From contig NC_042997.1 in the NCBI RefSeq assembly GCF_006345805.1, forward strand, positions 201,872,001 through 201,936,000: DNA of 64,000 nt, written 5' to 3'. This stretch comes from Octopus sinensis (Eukaryota). The notes under the pieces are model-generated. The model did not search any database, had not been told where the DNA came from, and was given only the letters and a program-made list of their open reading frames with translations. Positions within the stretch are counted from its first letter, which is position 1. Every line of letters begins with the position of its first letter. Below, piece after piece: positions 58,926-64,000 of the stretch. The position numbers were made by a program, and so were the translations under genes.

Positions 58926-61231
58926 AATATTTTTATGGATTTTGTAAATCACCATTTAACGACATATTTATTCCTGCTGCTATAGAAAAACTGTAGTACA
59001 TAACAACTATCTCACTCCTTATTTTACAATAATTTTATCAATATTCTACATTTATTGATCTATTTTTGCCACTGTCGTTTAGGTTATCAAAAGATAACTG
59101 CATCTCTTCTCGTTTATAAGGTGTGTGGCTGGCTCAACATTTGGATCATGTGTCGCTTTTCAATTACACTGTAAATTCATCTTAATTAGAGGCAATGTAT
59201 ATAATGTCCATAATGTTTGATTATGAAGATGATAATTATTACAGATATTGACTTAATCAATTATGATATGCAGATAAATTTTACACTGGTCGTAATATTA
59301 ACTTCTTCCAATAGAAGACATGTATCTTCAGTATCTCAATTACAGACTGCTAATTAACTTTTCTACTTTTAAAAAGAGAAATCAATGTGATTATATTTAT
59401 TTTGATAGACTAATATAGATTGAACATGTTTATTAACAGCAAACTGTTATGTCTTCACGCTCTCCCCCTCTATTGTTTATATAATGCTGAGAGAATATTA
59501 AAATATGTAACATATATCTATTGACTTCTCTGCTTGTATGTGTTGCTTGATTGAGGCTAAGGGCCTCAAGCGTTCAACTTCTATTTAGTAGTTTTGTTGT
59601 TGTTGTTATCATGTAATCTCAGATAGTTTAATGTAACATCAGAAATATTGGTAACCAAATTATGTGTTTGTGAAATACACACATATACAGGAGTGGCTGT
59701 GTGGTAAGTAGCTTGCTTGCCAACCACATTGTTCCAGGTTTGATTTATTTTTACAGCATACAGTTTTCATCATCCCACTACCAAGTATGACATCACCCCT
59801 TCCTTCCTTATTCATCTATCACCCCTTACTTTCTCATTCATAAACACAAGAGTATTATTATAGCAGATTATCTCGGTAACTATGGGTGCTATGAAAAAAA
59901 ATACAAAGCCGAGCAACACCACTGAATCATTCTACACATCTGTGTAATTTTTCATGCAATTCCACCCAGCCGTTTGACCATGAATCCCAAGACAAGAAAT
60001 AATCACCCATGTCAAATTTATATATATAGATACATATGTATGTATGTGTGTATATATATGTATGTATATATACATTGTTGTATTTTGGGATACTCATTTA
60101 AAAATAATTTTTTTGTGAAATAAACACACACACTAGGCATGGCTGTATGGTAAGTAGCTTGCTTGCCAACCACATGGTTCCAGGTTCACTCCCACTGCAT
60201 GGCACCTTGGGCAAGTGTCTTCTATTATAGCCTGGGGCTGAGTAAAGCCTTGTGAGTGGATTTGGTAGACACAAACTGAAAGAAGCCCGTCATATATATA
60301 TAGTAGGCTTATGTACCATTTATAGCTTACTAGAGTCCAGTGGCTATAGAAGACTTTTACCCAATATCCGGCTTCTAGTGGCATCAAACCAAGAACTTAC
60401 ATGCCTATATAGTGAAATTCTTGACCGCTGTGCTTTGCTAGAGTTAGTTGTAGTTCTTTATGGCAAAATAACTGAATCACGTAATATTAAAAGAAATAAT
60501 ATTCTATTTGTATTCTTAGTTATACATCTCAAAATTTACTTATGTATATATTAAGCTATATATTTGGTGTTATTGCAACTTCCTGTCATATGATATTGAT
60601 TATTATTATCATTATACAATACTAATGACTTAACTACTCAATCAAACCTGCACTTATAATATTTCAATTAATATAATTAATATTTATTCTTATTATTCTG
60701 GCTTGGATGGATCTGTTATACACCATATTTCTAAGCACTTGAAATATCTCTGTGAAGACAAGATTTCTAAATCTTTGTCTAATTAACTCATTTCAAGTCT
60801 TCCACGGTTGACTTCTGTGTTCTCCCTGCATGTATCTCTACTACCAAATCAAACCACTTAGTCTTCTAATTTGCATTCACCATTTATATTAAATATCATA
60901 CTGATTTAAGTAATTTCCTTTTGATACGACAACTAATGTGATTATCCAGTTTCACTTCATTTATAATTCGAGTGTAGCTCACATCTTATATTTAACACAG
61001 ACAAGCTGTACCCCTCTCACTACTTTAAAATCTCTGACAAACCTTTGACCTTGCAACTCTGCCTCTAACTAAACAAAATTATTATAGGGCATTCATGCAT
61101 TCAAATATTATAGTAACATGAGCTACGAATATAAAACAAAAACAATAAATAAATAAAACTAATGTAAAATAATCAACCAAGAAATAAATATCCATTGACA
61201 GAATGTATCACAAGTTCACGTGTGTGTGTTA

Positions 61232-61475
61232 TATCATCATCATCATCATTTAATGTCCGTTTTCCATGCTAATATGGGTTGGACAGTTCGACCGGGGTCT
61301 GGGAAGCCAGACTGGCTGCACCAGGCTCCAATCTGATTTTAGCAGTGTTTCTACAGCTGGATGCCCTTCCTAACGACAACCACTCTGTGAGTGTAGTGGC
61401 TGCTTTTTTACATGCCACCGGCACAGGAGCCAGAGGAGGCTTGCAATGGCCACGATCGGTTGGTGCTTTTTACTT
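61232..61475 (-). mobile_element. Solo RTE 3' end abutting the Tc1 remnant
   Basis: (CAT)n tail plus RTE 3' UTR. Confidence 0.85.
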
Positions 61476-62309
61476 GTCAGAAGGCCTCCAAGAAAGTGAA
61501 ACTATCCATGTTACATGATAAAAACAGTGAGGTTTGGGGGTAAAAGTCTGATGCTGTGGGGATACATAAAAAGTGATGGTTCAAGAAATTTGGTTAAAAT
61601 TGACGCAAACTTGAATAGTGCCAAATAAATGCAGTTGCTGAAGGAGAATTTGATACCAGACTTGGAGGAAGGTGAGATTTTTCAGCATGATGAGACTCCA
61701 TGCCACAGATTGCAGACAACACAACAGAGACTGGCTAATGAAGGTGTTACTGTATTGAAAGAATGGCCAGCTCAGAGCCCTGACTTAAATATCATCAAGC
61801 AAATGTGGACAGAACTAAAGAGGAGGGGTTGTCAGAAGAATCCACGCAATCTTGAAGGATTGTGGAAGCTCAGCCACAGAGAATGGCATCTCATACCTGT
61901 GAAGATGGCAAAGGATTTGTACACATCTCTTCTCAGGTACATTGAAGCGATTATTCAAGCAAAGGGAAACCACATGAAATGTTAACAATGTACAGTAGCT
62001 TCTTGAAATGCGCATTGTGTAATAAGTTTTCATTATAGACATTTTTTCTGTTTTAAAACAATGTATCTTGATTGGTTTATGTGAGGTGGCCGAAAACTTT
62101 TACATAGCCATTTTTGGTGGTTGTCTTGCCTCTTCCTCTCTCGTTCAGAACCCCTACTCTACAAAATATAATGATCAGAAATGGAAATGACTTTGACAGG
62201 GCCAATGTTTCATCTATAAAATATGCAATGAGAAACATCCACTTATATGTTGGCAATTAGTAGAAATTTACAAAAATTTGAAGTGACCGAAAACTTTTGC
62301 ACGGTACTG
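61476..62309 (+). mobile_element. Tc1-family transposon, right half (DD34E-type transposase remnant plus IR/DR right end)
   Basis: VRRPPRK*NYPCYMIKTVRFGGKSLMLWG...IFQHDETPCH...EWPAQSPDLNIIKQMW; terminus ...AAAACTTTTGCACGGTACTG|TA; inner direct repeat 62083-62107 vs outer 62280-62304. Confidence 0.9.
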
Positions 62310-62433
62310 TATATATGTATGTATGGGTATATATGTATGTATGGGTATGTATGTATGTATGGGTATGTATGTATGTATGTATGTATGTATATATATATGT
62401 ATGTATGTATATATATATATATATGTATGTATG

Positions 62434-62480
<47 letters not shown>

Positions 62481-62509
62481 TATATATACGGTAATAATGA
62501 CAATAATCA

Positions 62510-63740
62510 TCATCATCATCATTTAACGTCTGCTTTCCATGCTAGCATGGGTTGGACGGTTCAACTGGGGTCTGGGGAGCCCGAAGGCTGCACCAGGCCA
62601 GTCAGATCTGACAGTGTTTCTACAGCTGGATGCCCTTCCTAACGCCAACCACTCCGAGAGTGTAGTGGGTGATTTTATGTGCCACCGACACAGGTGCCAG
62701 ACAAGGCTGGCGAACGGCCACGCTCGGATGGTGTTTTTATGTGCCACCAACACAGGTGCCAGACGAGGCTGGCGAACGGCCACGCTCGGATGGTGTTTTT
62801 TATGTGCCACCGACACAGGAGCCAGATGAGGCTGGTGATCGGCCACGATCGGATGGTGATTGTTACGTGCCCACAGCATGGAGGCCAGTCGGTGCGGTAC
62901 TGGCTACGGTCACGTTCGGATGGTTTTCTTGTGTGCCACCGGCACTGGTACCACAAAGATGCAAATTCCATTGATGTTCATCTATTTTGATTTTTGATTT
63001 TTTGATTTTCACTTGCCTCAACAGGTCTTCACAAGTGTCACAAGAAGGAAGGTATGCACAGGTGGACTGACTACGTCCCAGGTAGGGGCCACGGGTTATG
63101 GCCTGACTAGTCTTGCCGGGTCTTCTCACGCACAGCATACTTCCATAGGTCTCGGTCTCTAGTCATTTCCTTGGTGAGACCTAAAGTTCGAAGGTCGTGC
63201 TTCACCACTTCATCCTAGGTTTTCCTGGGTCTACCTCTTCCACAGGTTCCCTCAACTGCTAGGGTGTAGCACTTTTGCACACAACTATCTTCAGCCATTC
63301 TCGTCATATGACCATACCAGCGCAGCCGTCTCTCTTGCACACCACAACTGACGCTTCTTAGGTTCAACTTTTCTCTCAAGGTACTTACACTCTGACGATT
63401 ATGAACACTGACATTACACATCCATCGGAGCATACTGGCTTCATTTCTTGCGAGCTTACGCATATCCTCAGCAGTCACGGCCCATGTTTCACTACCATGT
63501 AGCATGGCTGTACGTACACATGCATCATACAGTCTGCCTTTTAGTCTGAGCGAGAGGCCTTTTGTCACCAGCAGGGGTAAGAGCTCTCTAAACTTTGCCC
63601 AGGCTATTCTTACTCTAGCAGTTACACTTTCAGCACACCCACCCCCGCTACTGACTTGGTCTCCTAGGTAGCGGAAGCTATCAACTACTTCTAGTCTGTC
63701 TCCCTGGAACGTGGTAGAAGTTGGTCTCTGCACATTTCCA
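62510..63740 (-). mobile_element. RTE LINE, 5'-truncated (C-terminal domain plus 3' UTR)
   Basis: ORF 63215-63733 (LEVVDSFRYLG...RLRWYGH...RGRPRKT*) with a premature TAG in place of Trp; three VNTR units; (ATG)n tail. Confidence 0.95.
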
Positions 63741-63860
63741 GTGTATAGAATTTATAAACATTTAATGCATTGCTACAAGGAGTTTCCACATATTACATGT
63801 CTCTTTAGACCACATTCTGGAATGATCACAGTGTAGTCCATAGTATCCATGGGCATCTGG

Positions 63861-64000
63861 TTGATCATCTTCATGGATTCATTTCTTCAGGCGATATAAC
63901 ATTAATTGATGTACAACAGAGTGATGCTTATCCTTTTTGACCAGTGAGGAGGTTTGTTGAGTTATATTGCCTGAAGAAATGAATCCATGAAGATGATCAA
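63861..64000. repeat. 40-bp inverted repeat with 60-nt spacer, running off the window edge
   Basis: TTGATCATCTTCATGGATTCATTTCTTCAGGCGATATAAC (63861-63900) vs 63961-64000, 39/40 complementary. Confidence 0.9.

Overview
AT-rich eukaryotic, repeat-dominated window with no recognisable intact protein-coding gene. The repeat families resemble those I associate with octopus/coleoid cephalopod genomes (inference, not a database match). Contents: (i) at least four tRNA-derived SINE families in many copies; (ii) an RTE-clade LINE, as one 3.4-kb frameshifted copy (APE + RT + C4HC3 finger), a 1.2-kb 5'-truncated copy and many solo 3' ends with (ATG)n tails and a ~62-bp hairpin VNTR, plus older RTE/BovB-like remnants; (iii) R4/Dong-like RLE retrotransposon ends embedded in (TAA)n; (iv) three non-autonomous Helitrons, hAT-, piggyBac- and mariner-type MITEs and the right half of an IR/DR Tc1; (v) three Penelope-like (PLE) repeat families carrying five minimal hammerhead-ribozyme-like motifs, and two ~100-bp fold-back insertions with 12-bp TSDs; (vi) several long hairpins/palindromes; (vii) a CpG-rich symmetric NRF1-ETS-ETS-NRF1 promoter-like cluster at 28.6 kb. 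Almost all ORFs in the supplied track are by-products of repeats or microsatellites. Coordinates were read by eye, so internal boundaries may be off by a few to tens of bases.
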